Of a stretch of 64,000 nt of DNA, positions 29,701-42,851 are shown in pieces. Under the pieces are notes generated by a model. The model did not search any database and had not been told where the DNA came from. It saw nothing but the letters and a program-made list of their open reading frames with translations. A program made the translations under genes and the position numbers. Every line of letters starts with the position of its first letter. Position 1 is the first letter of the stretch. Source of the stretch: the human T2T-CHM13v2.0 reference genome, Homo sapiens; the NCBI RefSeq assembly GCF_009914755.1, contig NC_060940.1; one strand, 5' to 3'.

Positions 29701-31525
29701 TCCCCGTCTCTCTTCCTTACTCCCTCTCTCTTTCTCGCCCTCTTTCTTTCTCTGAGATCGGAGAGTCCTTTTCTAGGAATGTGTTTGCAGAATTCATATC
29801 AAATACATTTCATCAAAATAGAATCTTTAGAGTAATCTCTTCCAAATCTATTTTTGCAGGGGATGAGAGAAGGATAATGTGCAGCTTTTAGAATGACTGT
29901 GAATGAATCATGGATTCTGATTTTTGCCTAGTTTTTTTTTGTTGTTATGAACATTTTATGGCTATTAAAAAAACAAAAAAGAAACATTGTACTGTTGTAA
30001 GCCATAATGAAAGAATATATAATTTAAGCAAAACCCAAATGAAAACATTGTAGGCATATATCTAAGTTTTTCATTACTAAGAAATGTAAACTCTTTTAAA
30101 TTTTTCTTTCTAAATGGAAGATACCAGATGTTCATTTGTTACCATGAAAGTCTACTTTAATTGGCAGTTGTGGTCTCAGAGTAATTTTAAATTGCTACCG
30201 GGCTGTCACTTCTGCTTTTGCTGACTTGCAAGGAGGTTTAATGCTTCCCCCACTGGGCTAGACTTTATCTCTCTATTTGGAACTGTTGGATCACCTCAAT
30301 TTATGACAAACTTAGAAAACATTTAAATAGTCCACAGAATTGCAATGAAAATGCTTCTAGAGTGGAAGTAGGATGTTTTAAAAGTGCTCTGAGATCTAGA
30401 GATAAAACTCATTATGAGAAAACTTGTGCAGCAAATAGAGGCATCTAGGATAAGGAAGTATAAGTCTCCGAGGTCAGATTGAATTATTGTAGTGTACTCA
30501 TAATAACTTTTGGTTAACAAGAGATTGCTCCCTTCCATACCAAATCTATCAAATTTGGTCTTTAGTGTAGCTGATGGGACTAGAACACTACATTGACTTT
30601 CTGTCAGTTTCCTTGCTTTGTTCATCTTGATGAATGCATAGGTAATTTTTTATGACAATTTTGGGTGACTAGGTGTTTAATCAAGTGTGGATGTTGGGAG
30701 AAACTGGGATGGGAAGATTGTAGAGGAAAGGCAAATATTTACAGCTGGGAATTGCAAGATCTGGAATTTAGCCTAGCTCTTCTAGGTGGCCATGTGATGA
30801 CTTGTTTGTTGACTTGTGAAGTGGGGGGATTAGGCCATACGATTCTAGAGATTTTCACCACTTAAAAGAATTTATTATAATTTATATTCTCACTTCATAC
30901 ACTGTAAATGTTTCTGGCTTTTCCTCTAATGACTTTGGGGCTTTTATCTTTTCTCCAGATATGTAGCCCCAATGTTTCATGTGTTTTCTGAGAAATAATC
31001 TTGTGCATAGTACAGAAACTTTGGAGCATAATAGACCTGGGCATGAATTTTAGATCTTGGACAGATTGTTTTACTTTTTCTGAACTCCCTTTTGTCCTCA
31101 CTTATAACATGGAGATTTATGCCTAGTGAAATGCTTTGTAGCGTAGAAGTCCGGAGTGATAGGGCCAGTGTATCTTAAGCATTAGTCCGTATTGCTCAGC
31201 TGTTTTCCAAAGCAGTGGTGCCCCTTTCTACTCCCAACACCACCAATTTCTGAGAGTTTCCTTTCCTCCCTCCACATCCTTGCCAACACTCTGCAATGCC
31301 CATCTTTCTCATTTGTGCCATTCTGTCACATTTCTATTTTAGTTATCCTCATGACAAAAGAAGTTGAGCATCTTTTCATATACTTACTGGCTACATGCAT
31401 ACCCTCTTATGTGAATTTATTTTTTCTTTCTTTATAGTGCAACAGATGCTGACAGCTTATAACAAATTTATAGATTTGTTCAACTGTAAAATAAAATGTC
31501 TGTTCACGTACATAACAGTCAATGA

Positions 31526-32317
31526 TTTTATCTTTTTATTTAAAATTTTTTTATTTAAATAGCTTTGGGGCTACAAGTGGTTTTTAGGTACATGGATGGA
31601 TTATATAGTGTTGAATTCTGATTTTAGTACACCCATCACCTGAGTAGTGTACATTGTACCCAATATGCAGGTTTTTTTAAAAAAATCTCACATTCCCCTC
31701 CCAATCTCCCACTTCTGAGTTTCCAAAGTCCTTTATATCACTCTCTATGCCTTTGCCTACTCATAGCTTAGCTCCCACTTATAAATGAGACCATACGATA
31801 TTTGGTTTTCCATTCCTGAGTTACTTCACTTAGAATAATGGCTTCCAGCTCCCCCAAGTTGCTGCAAAAGACATTATTTTGTTCCTTTTTGTGGCTGTGT
31901 AGTGTTCCATGGTGTACATGTATTACATTTTCTTTATCCATTCGTTGGTTGATGGGCACTTAGGTTGGTTCCATATCTTTGCAATTATGAATTGGGCTGC
32001 AATAAACATACATGTGCATGTGTATATTTTCATATAATGACTTCTTTCCCTTTGGGTAGATACCCAATAGTGGGATTGCTGGATCAAATGGTAGATCTAC
32101 TTTTAGTTCTTTAAGGGATCTCCATACTGTTTTCCATAGAGGTTGTGCTAATTCACATTCCCATCAGCAGTGTATAAGCGTTCCCCTTTTACCACATCCA
32201 CACCAACATCTACTATTTTTTGACTTTTTAATAATGGCCATTCTTACTGGCGTAAGGTGGTATCTCATTGTGGTTTTAATTGCATTTCCCTGATGATTAC
32301 TGATGATGAGTATTTTT
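31526..32317 (-). mobile_element. L1PB 3' portion
   Basis: L1PB-type 3'UTR and ORF2 C-terminal peptides ([18 protein letters not shown]; LEAIILSEVTQEWKTKY). Confidence 0.88.
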
Positions 32318-32426
32318 TGAATTTCTTGTTTAAGTATTGTGTCCATTTTTCTACTGGTTTTCTATTTCATATTGATATATGTAAAAGAACTTGTATTTTG
32401 AATGTAAGCCTTTGCTATTTGCATGT

Positions 32427-32896
32427 TGTATTAATTTCCTAGTGCTATGGTAAAAACTTTGTATAAACTTGTGGTTTAAAACAACAGAAATTTATTTTCT
32501 CACAGTTGTGGAGGCTGGAAGTTTACCAAATGTCAGCAGGGCTACATTCCCTCTAGAAGTTCTAGGGAGAGTTTCCTTCCTTGTTTTCTCCAGTTTTTGG
32601 TGGGTGGAGGCATTCCATGGCTTGTGGCTGCATGACTAGAATCTCGGTCTCCACCCTCATGAGGATCTTCATGTGGCCTTCTCCCTGTGTCTCTGTCTGA
32701 AACGGCTCTCCCTTTTCTCCTGTATGGACACTGGCCATTGGATTCGGGGCTCACTCTAAATCCAGGATGATCTTATATTAAAACTCTTGCCTAATTACAC
32801 CTTCAAAAACTGTATTTCCAAATAAGATCACATTTACACATACCATGGGTTAGGATTTGGACTATATTTTGGGGAGACACTAGTCAACCTTTTACA
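32427..32896 (-). mobile_element. MLT1C-like solo LTR
   Basis: aaacaacagaaatttattttctcacagtt...tatttccaaataagatcacatt. Confidence 0.82.
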
Positions 32897-33053
32897 TAGG
32901 TATTACAAATATTCTTCAATTTGTGGCTTGCCTTTACATGCTGCTAATTGTATCTTTTGATGAGTTGAACTTCTTAATTTTAACGTGGCACAATTTATAA
33001 TTTTTTTCCCTTCATGGTTAGAAGTTCTGAGGTTCTGTTTAAGAAAAATATGC

Positions 33054-33600
33054 CTGAGTATATACCCAAAGGAAAATAGGTCATTCTACCAAAAAAGACA
33101 CATGAACTCATATGTTCATTACAGCATTATTCACAATAGCGAAGGCATGGAATCAACCTAGATGCCCATCAAATTATGGTGGATTGGACATGGAATCAAC
33201 CTAGATGCCCATCAGATCAACTGGTGGCACACATACACTATGAAATACTATGCAGCCATAAAAAAGAACAAAATCATGTCTTCTGCAGCAACATAGATGC
33301 AGCTGAGGCTGTTATCCTAAGTGAATTAACGCAGGAACAAAAAACCAAATATTGCATGGTCTCACTTACAAGTGGGAGCTAAACATTGAGTACACATGGA
33401 CATAAAGATGGGAGCAATGGACACTGGGGACTGCTGGAGTGGGGAGGAAGGGAGGGGTATGAAGGGTGAAGGACTACTTATTAGGTGCTGTACTCACTGC
33501 CTGGATGATGGGATCATCTGGACTCCAAACAGAGTGTTCCCACATGACAGACCTGCATGTACCCTCTGAATCTAAAAGTTAAAATTATTGAAAATAAAAA
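33054..33600 (+). mobile_element. Older L1PA (about L1PA15-17) 3' end
   Basis: ORF2 C-terminus (ILSELTQEQKTKYCMVSLTSGS), 3'UTR and A tail. Confidence 0.85.
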
Positions 33601-33856
33601 GACATATATGCCTATCCCAAATAAATATATGCCTATCTCAAGATTTCTCATATGTTTCCTACTCAATGTTTAGTAAACTTTTTTCTTGTACACTTAGGTC
33701 TACAATCCATTTGGAATCAACTTTTGTGTATGATAGAAGCTAAGTTGTTTCCTCCTATTGGATATCTAAGTGACCCAGCACTAATGATTGTAAAGACTAT
33801 TCTTTTCCTGGCATACTGCATAAACATACACAGAAAACAAATTACTCTGTGTGGGT

Positions 33857-34072
33857 GTTTTTTTTTGTTGTTGTTTTTTGTTTTTGAGATGGAGTCTCAC
33901 TCTGTTGCCCAGGCTGGAGTGCAGTGGTGCGATCTTGGCTCACTTCAGCCTCCGCCTCCCAGATTCAAGTGATTCTCCTGCCTCAGCCTCCTGAGTAGCT
34001 GGGATTATAAGTGCCTGCCACAATCCTCGGCTAATTTTTGTATTTTTAGTAGAGACGGGGTTTACCATGTTT
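33857..34072 (-). mobile_element. 5'-truncated AluS
   Basis: Right arm, linker and a short piece of the left arm. Confidence 0.88.
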
Positions 34073-35249
34073 TTTGATATTCTAGTCCATTGGTCAGTTT
34101 GTCTAACTTTCACCAATACTGCACTGCATTCAGTATTGTAACTTTATTATTAGTTTTGCAATCTGGCAAAATAAACCCTCCACCATTGTCCTTCTTTAAG
34201 ATAGTCTTAGCTTTTTTTGACCTTTATGCATTTCTACATAAATTTTAGTATTAACTTAAAAAGTCACACACACACACACACACATATACATACGCACACT
34301 CCTGCTGGGATTTTGATTAGAGTTGGATTTAACTTACAGGTCTTTTTAGGGGAGAATTGACATCTTAATAGTACTGAATTTTCTAGTCTAGGAACATTAC
34401 CTCTCCACAATTTCTTTGTTTTCTTTAATTTCTCTCAATATTGTTTCATTATTTTCAGTGTAGCAGTTTTGCACATCTTTCATTGGATTTATCTTTAAGT
34501 ATTTTTGAAGCAATTATAAATGGTGTTATTGTAGAAATTTAATTTTTGTTGCTGTATAATTTTTATGTATTGACTTTATATTGAGTCACCTTGTTACAGT
34601 GACTGATTTTTAATTGTTTGCCTATTGGTGCCAGTCCTGTCACCTAAGAAAAATGATGGTTTTATTTCGTCATTTCTAACCCTTATGCTTTTTGTTTTTC
34701 TTGCCTTATTTCATTAGCTAGACTCTCCAACGTGGTTGAACTTCTGGTACTTCAATCTCTTCTTTGAAATGTTATAGTCAATTTTTATGTAGTATTTTCA
34801 TTTCACTGTATGATGTCCTACTAGAACTTCCACCTCAACTACATTTATTATATTTTATCCTGCTTACTTCCCCAGTTGTTTTCCTTTGGAAGCATGTAAC
34901 TGTATCACCTCCTTCCACTCACCCTAACCCAAACCTGGAAAGCTCTCTAGATTCTACTCTGTGTCTCACACCTCAGATCAGTTTTGTCCATTATATTATG
35001 TCTCTCTTCTTTCTTCTTCCATCTCATCACTGCCTTTGATTAGTACCTTCTTTTGTCTTTCAATGATCTCCTGAAATATTCTGATATCTGTAGCCTCTCC
35101 ACTCACCAATGCTTCTTCAACTTTGGCATGACTTATTTCAGTTTCCTCAAAGTAACATCAATGTCCTCTCATTGAAGAAAAAATAAAATTGATGTTTATT
35201 AACATGACATTGTTGGCCATCGAGCTCTAAAGAGACCACAGAGCCTGTG

Positions 35250-35470
35250 ACCAAACCCTGGCTTCAGGAGCACATTGCCTTGGTTTGAATTCTGACTACC
35301 ACTTACTAATCAGATAATCTTGGGCATGCTATTTCCCTTCTATTTACCTTGGTTTCCTTATCTGACATAGTAATAATGTCTACCTTATAGGGTAGTATGT
35401 GGATTAGATGGATTAATATATGTAGAGCACTCTGCATAGTCACCTAATAAGCTTTATAAACACTGAATTT
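35250..35470 (+). mobile_element. MIR
   Basis: ggtttgaattctgactaccacttact...ccttggtttccttatctg. Confidence 0.75.
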
Positions 35471-36844
35471 ACTAGTGCATTGTCAAAACCTTTCTCTCCA
35501 ACAATAACATTGACAGCAAATTATAACCAACATTTACTAAACACTTCGTATGTACCGAGAACTGTGTGAAATACTTTACTTGCATTATCCAACTGAATCT
35601 ATAACTGTGTGTTATAAGTGTCAGAATGTTGTAGGAAAATACAGTGATCAGTGGCTTCTTTTCTGACTCTTTCCATGTATACTTTTCTCAAACTTATGTT
35701 TCACTCTCCTGTATCCATAACTTTGCTTACAATTTCCCTAATTCCTTTGAGCCCATTGCATTTTATTATCCTGGGAGAATCCTATTCTTCTTTTTGTGCT
35801 CTGTGCAAACTTCTATTATGCCAAGGTAAAATAAAATAGAATGAACAACAACAACAAAAAATAAGATTCAGTGTTACTAAACAGATTTACTGTAAAATAA
35901 AAGTATTAATTCCTTTCTCCTGTAGGATCAAAAGACAGCCTTACACCAGTGAGTTGGACTTCTCTGGCCCCTTCATTAGCCAGGTTGATTCTTTACAAAC
36001 TGACTACACTGACCCTCTGGCTCTTTTTGCAGTTTCAAGACAGCCTCAACTTGGTTCTTCCAAGTGCCTCATCAGACTGAGCTGAGTTAGTGCTGAGCTT
36101 CCAACCAAGTAAGGCATCTCAGCACGAGGTGTCAAACATAAGACAGCTAATGCTGGGAGCCAGAGGAAGAAGGCTCTTCTTGACCCTGCTCTGAGACTAG
36201 TGCATTCACAGAGAAGTGTCTGGCAGCCTCCCTTTGATGCAGTGAACAATGAACAGCAGGGATTAAGTCTCCCCATATCCACATCATGCCTGTATGTGTG
36301 TGTGTGTATGTGTGTATACATTCACACACACATTTGATTCCTAGCAAAAGACAGTGTGGATAATTTGTGATGTGTTACTTGAAAATAACCCATCTGGGAT
36401 CACAGCTGGGGAAAAAGATACCACAGGCAGGATGATGATAGTGGTAGAGCTAAGATTCCTTAGAGACCATTTTACATGTCAGGAAATTGAGGACAAATGA
36501 AGGGTAATCAGTTGCTTATGTGTTTGTTCAGTATTCTCATCATCCCCAATATGGCTAGTTGGATACAAGGTTCACAAACATAGTTGCATTTAGTCTCCAT
36601 TGGGTCCTTCTTGAATGAAACAGTAATGATGCCTATGCAAAACTAGATGATGATGATGTGGACGTAATCCTCCCCTTACAATTTCTATAACTCAGAGTTC
36701 TTGCTGGACGAAGTTTCTCATTCTAGTGATTTGTAGACTGGGAGTCACATGTTTGGAGCTGTAGACTTGTTTGTAAGCACAGTGTTAAAGACAAATATGT
36801 AGAGTTTAAATTTTTAAGTAGAACACATACTCTTTTTCTTCCCC

Positions 36845-37238
36845 TTTTTAAAAACTTGTATAAATTTAAAAGGTACAAGTGTGTTTTTGTTACCCCGATA
36901 CATTGAGAAGTGGTGAAGTCTGGGGTTTTGGTGTAATCATTACCCAAATAATGTACATTGTGCCCATTAAGTAATTTCTCATCCCTCACCTCCTTCCTGC
37001 CCTCCTACCTTTCCAAGTCTCTAGTGTCTATTATTTCATTCTCTATATCTACATGCACACATTATTTAGATTCCACTCACAAGCGAGAACATGCAGCGTT
37101 TGACTTTGTTTCTAAGTCGTTTCACTTAAGATAACAACCTCCATTTCCATCGATGTTGCGCAAAAGATGTAATTTCATTCTTTTTTATGTCTGAATATAT
37201 TTCATTGTGTATATATATGTTTACCACATTTTCTTTGT
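36845..37238 (-). mobile_element. L1MA (about L1MA1-3) 3' end
   Basis: gtggtgaagtctgggg...aatgtacattgtgcccattaagtaatttctcatccc. Confidence 0.82.
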
Positions 37239-37795
37239 AGGACATGCCCCCTTAAGTTGCCACAAATTAATATTACCTATATAGTCTCAAACCAGTTTAT
37301 TTTCAAACAAAATTATTGATCGCATCTGGCCCCAGAAAGCATACGCACTTGTAATTTCTACTCTAGACACACTACTACTTATATGAACCTTCACAATCAT
37401 CGAATCAGAAGACTATAAAAATTACAGTCATGTGGCTATCAAACTTGATTTTAAAAATTTATTGTAAAAGTTGGAATATTTTCTTTAAAGATAACTTTGA
37501 CTAGAAATCCAAGATATATAACTGATAGAAATGCAGCATTCTGTTTGAAGGTGTGTTGTGGGGGGTGGGTGGATGAGATGGGAGTGCTAGGAGCAGTGCT
37601 GCGTCACTTGCCTTTCTCCTGGGCCTCTGGGGTACCTCTATAGAAAGCAGAGCTCTGAGGTACCCAGTTTGAAAACCACTGATGGAGCCTGCTTTTTCAG
37701 ACTAGAAGACTGGGGCCTGGAGGTTGCTTGGACATAATATCAAGGAAAGATTCTCTTTCTTTTCAGTGCATCTAAAATCTTGACTACTATATTAA

Positions 37796-38105
<310 letters not shown>

Positions 38106-41100
38106 TAAATCTACTTTAATGATAGCTTTATAAATCACCAAAGCGAAGAGGTTTAATTACCTGAGGACCAATTTAAAATTTTTCAACATCTTAATAATTT
38201 ATAAATGTATAATATATTTTAAAACTAAAACTAATTTAAAATGTATATTTCATTTATTTTATAATTTATTTTGGTTATATATTTTGTTTAATTTAAATTT
38301 GATTTATAAATTTTCCTTTTGTTTTTCCTGTAGTATATTATGCCATAGTACTTGTATTGGAGGTTGTAGACCTGTGGTATGTGTATGTACCTTTTTGGAG
38401 TTCTCAAGTTTGAATATCTGTTATCATAGAAAGAGCATAAGGGTCGTGGGCAAAAAGATAAGCTTGAAATCAGAGTCTGTGGTGTTCTATCTATGTGACC
38501 TTTGGAAAGCTATTTAATTTTACCACGTCTCATTTATCTTTTTAAAAAGTTTTTGAATTGATGAATAATAATTGTGTATATTTATGGGGTACAATTTGAT
38601 GTCTTGGTTTAGGTGCACATTGTAGAACAATTCAGTCGATATCATCACAAAAATGCTCTTGATGAAGTCTTTCTACAATGTATACATAGAACTCACTAAT
38701 ATCATTTTTGTGATAAAAATGTTAAAAATCTACTCTTTTTACTGCCTATTTTTGGGGGTGTTCTCAATATTAAATTATGTAATATCAGTACAGGGCTTAC
38801 TCAAGGTTTGGAATGTAGAAGGCAGGCAGTAAAAGTTATTTCCACCATACATATAGTTTAATCATAAGAGACAAGTCATTGTTGTAGCTGTGTTAGGCAC
38901 CCAGAAAATGTTTGTGGGTAATGAATAAATATTATTGAAACATGAGGAATGTGTCTTGTCTTCATATTCAAGCAAGATATACAGTTAAAAGTTTTCCTAT
39001 GCTCAAAATAAAGGGTAATGGTGGGGAGACAATCTGTGAATTTCTGCCTGCCATAGTATAGGCATATTGCAGACCAAAGGAAGCTATCTCAGAGGAAGGA
39101 AACCTTCCTAAATAGAAAAAGAAGAAAAAAAAAGATGAAAGATTTTTCTTTTAACAAAGAACTGCTAGTACTTAACTTGTCAGGACAGGATTTTGAAAAA
39201 ACAGCATTCCCAAGTATACCTTTGTAAAAAGCCCTAAAAAGAAGCAATGCAAACCTGGTTCCTACTAGCCTTTTATTATCTCTCATTGATAATAGCTTGC
39301 AAGAGCCTCATTTTATAAAACTCAATACACTACTGTGAACATGAAAAGCAAACCCGCTTTTATAAAGCTGATGTTCCATTGGGTAAGTGAGGGCTCAATG
39401 ATAGCTGGGCCAATTATAGATTCCGGCTGTGTCTGCATGGTACCCAAACAACAGAGGAAAACACAAAAAATTCACCCCAAACACAAATGTTTTTTTAAAA
39501 AGAAACACTAAACTCTTGCTTATGTTGAAGGCATCATAAAGCACACATAGCTGAAACACTTATTCCCATATATATGCCACTTTAATGAGAAAGAGAAACA
39601 TATCTGATCAGAATTCTAAAATCCTTGAACTGTGCAGTAATTACTAACATTCCCAAAGATAATCTGGCAAGATTCTTAAGTAACTTGTAAATCATCAAAA
39701 GATGTTTACATAGTCTGAAAATCGATGGTTCATTAACTTATTCTTCAAATAATTCATCAAATATTCAGTTGCCAGGTATTGCTCAATTTTCTGGTGTTAC
39801 AGAACTGAACAGAACAAAATCCTTCTCTCATGGGGTTTATGTTTTACTCAGAATAATTGAAAACTAGTTTTTAGGTATATGGGAAAGAGCACTAAATTGG
39901 GTACTAGAAGATGATTATAATCCTAGTCCTTGTCACATACTAGGTACTTGTTAAAATTTGTTTACAGAATTACTTTGGCCACTCCCTGTCTCTGTGACCC
40001 TGAACAACTCAATTCACATTAAGTTACCCACTGAAAATTGGACTAAGTATTCTATAAGGAAATGTTCAGTTTTAAAATCCCATAATAACATAGATATGAT
40101 TACTTTGTTTTCCAGAATCTTTAATTTTGTTCTAGAAATATCTATTAAACAAATCATGCATGACAGCTGTAAGTTTCATAGGAAATATACAAATAGAGGA
40201 GTGATGATGTTTATTTTAAAAGGCATTTGTAAGATTACAGAAGTTGTTAGGATGACTAGAGGAGAGTGAAGGGTGAAAGGACAACAGGAAAGCCTTAGAA
40301 TGCAACAAAATATTCTATTTCCCCAATTAAACTGTGTGTGCATGCATGTGTATGCATGTTTTAAATATATATATATAATTTATTATGTCACAAAGTCAAC
40401 TAATAAAAATTATATAATATTCTAATCGTTCTTGCATTATAAACAGAAAGGTATATGGTAAAATTTATTTTGAAGGCAGACAGAGATTTCTTCTCAACAT
40501 TCAGTGTTTATTTAGATAAGTTGCTTATTTTCTTTGAGCATCAAATTCTTCATCTTCAAATGAGTAGTAATGATGATTTCCTTGTAGGTTTGTTTTATGG
40601 ATTCAGTGGGATAATAGAAGCCAAGTCCTTGCGTAGGTTCTAACACATAATCAGTGCTTTGTTGTCAGTCTGGAATGTTAGGAACTTTGCTTTTCCATTG
40701 AAATCTTTATCAAAAAGCTTAAATCACTGAATGTAAACATTGATTCTTTTCATAGAATCCTCTTTGCAAGTAGGAAAACATCACATTTGTTGTGCATCTC
40801 AAAAAAACTTTCTACAGCTTGATTGTCATTAAAAACGGCCCTATTTTATCTCATTAGGACTTCATTGATTATGAGATGCAGCTGTTCATAAGGGAGACTC
40901 CGTATAGCTATTGGTCAGAAACTGAGCCACTGGTATGATCCTGGGAGGTACAGGCCCTCTACCAGGACCTAGAAGCATGCCAGGATATTTTTTTCCCCTA
41001 AAAGGCATGTAATTATTTGCTTTAGATGGCATGGTCCTGATCCAGAAAGTTAAAGGTCTTCATTGTAATTTTTCACTTTGGGGCTTGTCATAAACACCAA

Positions 41101-42076
41101 ACAGCAATTTTTTTTTTTTTAACCACAATACTTCCTAAAACTGTATGTTCTCCTGGCTAAAAAATCCCAAGGAGTAGAGCTGTTTGCACTGTATCCTGGG
41201 CCTTCTACAGTATCCTTTTGTGCTCTGGTCCCCACTCAAAGATGCTAGTCTTTTGTGGCACCTGGTGTATGGTGTATGGCTAAGAGTAGAATTCCCAAAT
41301 AAAGAATATGTGGTGTCCAGAACCCGAAGAGGCCCACCAGGTGTTGCACTTCATTCTTCGTGGAGTAAGGTATAAGATGTAATAATTTATTCTTTACTTA
41401 GGCAGGCAAATCCCTGGATGCTCCTGAACACTGGATCCCTAAAATTTAACTCATATAGCAACTCCTGAAACTTTGTAGAATTTATCTTTCTCCTCTAGAG
41501 CACACTAAACTTGCCCAGGCCTTCAACCTGATAGACACTTACTGTTTATGTCTTTTATATGTAATTGTTGCAGTGGAGCAAGACTCCAAAGGATCAGACT
41601 GTTTTCAGCTAATTTAACTATGTCTCAGAACAAAGCTTCAGAATATACATAGGAATATTAAAAATATCCAGCGTCAATAAGGTAAAATCCACAATGTTTT
41701 GACATCCAATTAAAAATTATCAAACATGCAAAACCCAGGAAATTTCTACCCATGATTGTTGTAGATGAGAACATAATCAGTAGACAAGGACATTAAAACA
41801 GTTTTTATAACTGTATTCTAAATGTTCAAGAAACTAGAGGAAAGATTGACCATGTTAGTAGACATGGATGATATTAAAATGCAAATAAAACATTTAAAAA
41901 TGGAAACTACAGTGTCTGAAATAAACTGGATGGGAGTAGTGGCAAATTGTGAAAGAAAATATATTAGTGAAATTAAAGACACAGCAATACGCAACTACGC
42001 AAAATGAAACACAGAAAAAAATACCAAAGAAGAGTACATCATTGAGCTGTGAGGAGATTTTAAAAAGTTTTATATA

Positions 42077-42180
42077 TTTTCTGTCTACCACTAGTTATGG
42101 GTAAAATTTTCCCATTTTGCATGCCTGGCAATTTTAATTGGATGTCAAATATTGTGAATTTTACCTTGTTTGGTGTTAGA

Positions 42181-42183
<3 letters not shown>
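42077..42183 (-). repeat. Inverted copy of 41662-41770
   Basis: Reverse complement aligns with aaggtaaaatccacaatgttttgacatccaattaaaaatt...catgcaaaa...tacccat...gtaga, about 80% identity by eye. Confidence 0.8.
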
Positions 42184-42226
<43 letters not shown>

Positions 42227-42265
42227 TGTGTGTGTAGATAGATAGATAGTAGATAGATTATAGAT
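42184..42265. repeat. (TG)n followed by (GATA)-like microsatellite
   Basis: Read directly. Confidence 0.95.
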
Positions 42266-42336
42266 ATATATTTGAAATTCCAAAAAGTGAGGAGGGACAA
42301 AAAATATTTGAAGACATAGCCATCATCATCATCTAC

Positions 42337-42500
42337 ATATATATAATATATATTATATATATTATATGTATATTATATATATATTATATATTATATATAT
42401 AATATATATTATATATTATATATATAATATATATATAATATACATATTATATATATAAACTATTATAAGATATATATACACTATTATTATATATATATAA
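42337..42500. repeat. Complex AT-rich palindromic repeat
   Basis: Nearly pure A/T; perfect inverted arms 42364-42390 and 42421-42447. Confidence 0.9.
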
Positions 42501-42573
42501 TTTGACAGACATTCTAAAGCCATAGTACCAAGAAGATCAATGAAACCAACCACTGGAAACATGAAGAATACTA

Positions 42574-42851
42574 AGCTGAGTGCAGTGGCTCATGCCTATA
42601 ATCCCAGCAATTTGGGAGGCTGAAACAGGAGGATCACTTGAGCCCAGGAATTCAAGACCAGCCTGGCAACATAGCAAGACCCTGCCTCTACAAAAAGTGA
42701 AAAAACTAGAAATTAGCCAGCTACTTGGGAGGCTGAGGTGGGAGAATTGCTTGGACTTGGGAGGTTGAGGCCGCAGTGTTGCTGTACTTGTGCCACTGAA
42801 CTCTAGCCTGGGCAACAGAGTGAGACATTGTTTCAAAAAAAGAAAAAAAAA
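42574..42851 (+). mobile_element. AluJ with internal deletion
   Basis: ggaggatcacttgagcccagg; attagcc|agctacttgg junction. Confidence 0.9.

Larger units (their letters stand above)
31185..34740 (-). mobile_element. Old L1M/L1ME block hosting nested L1PB, MLT1C, L1PA and Alu insertions
   Basis: Collinear L1M pieces (gttttccaaagc, gttgagcatcttttcata, gaattgacatcttaata) resume after each younger insert. Confidence 0.7.
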
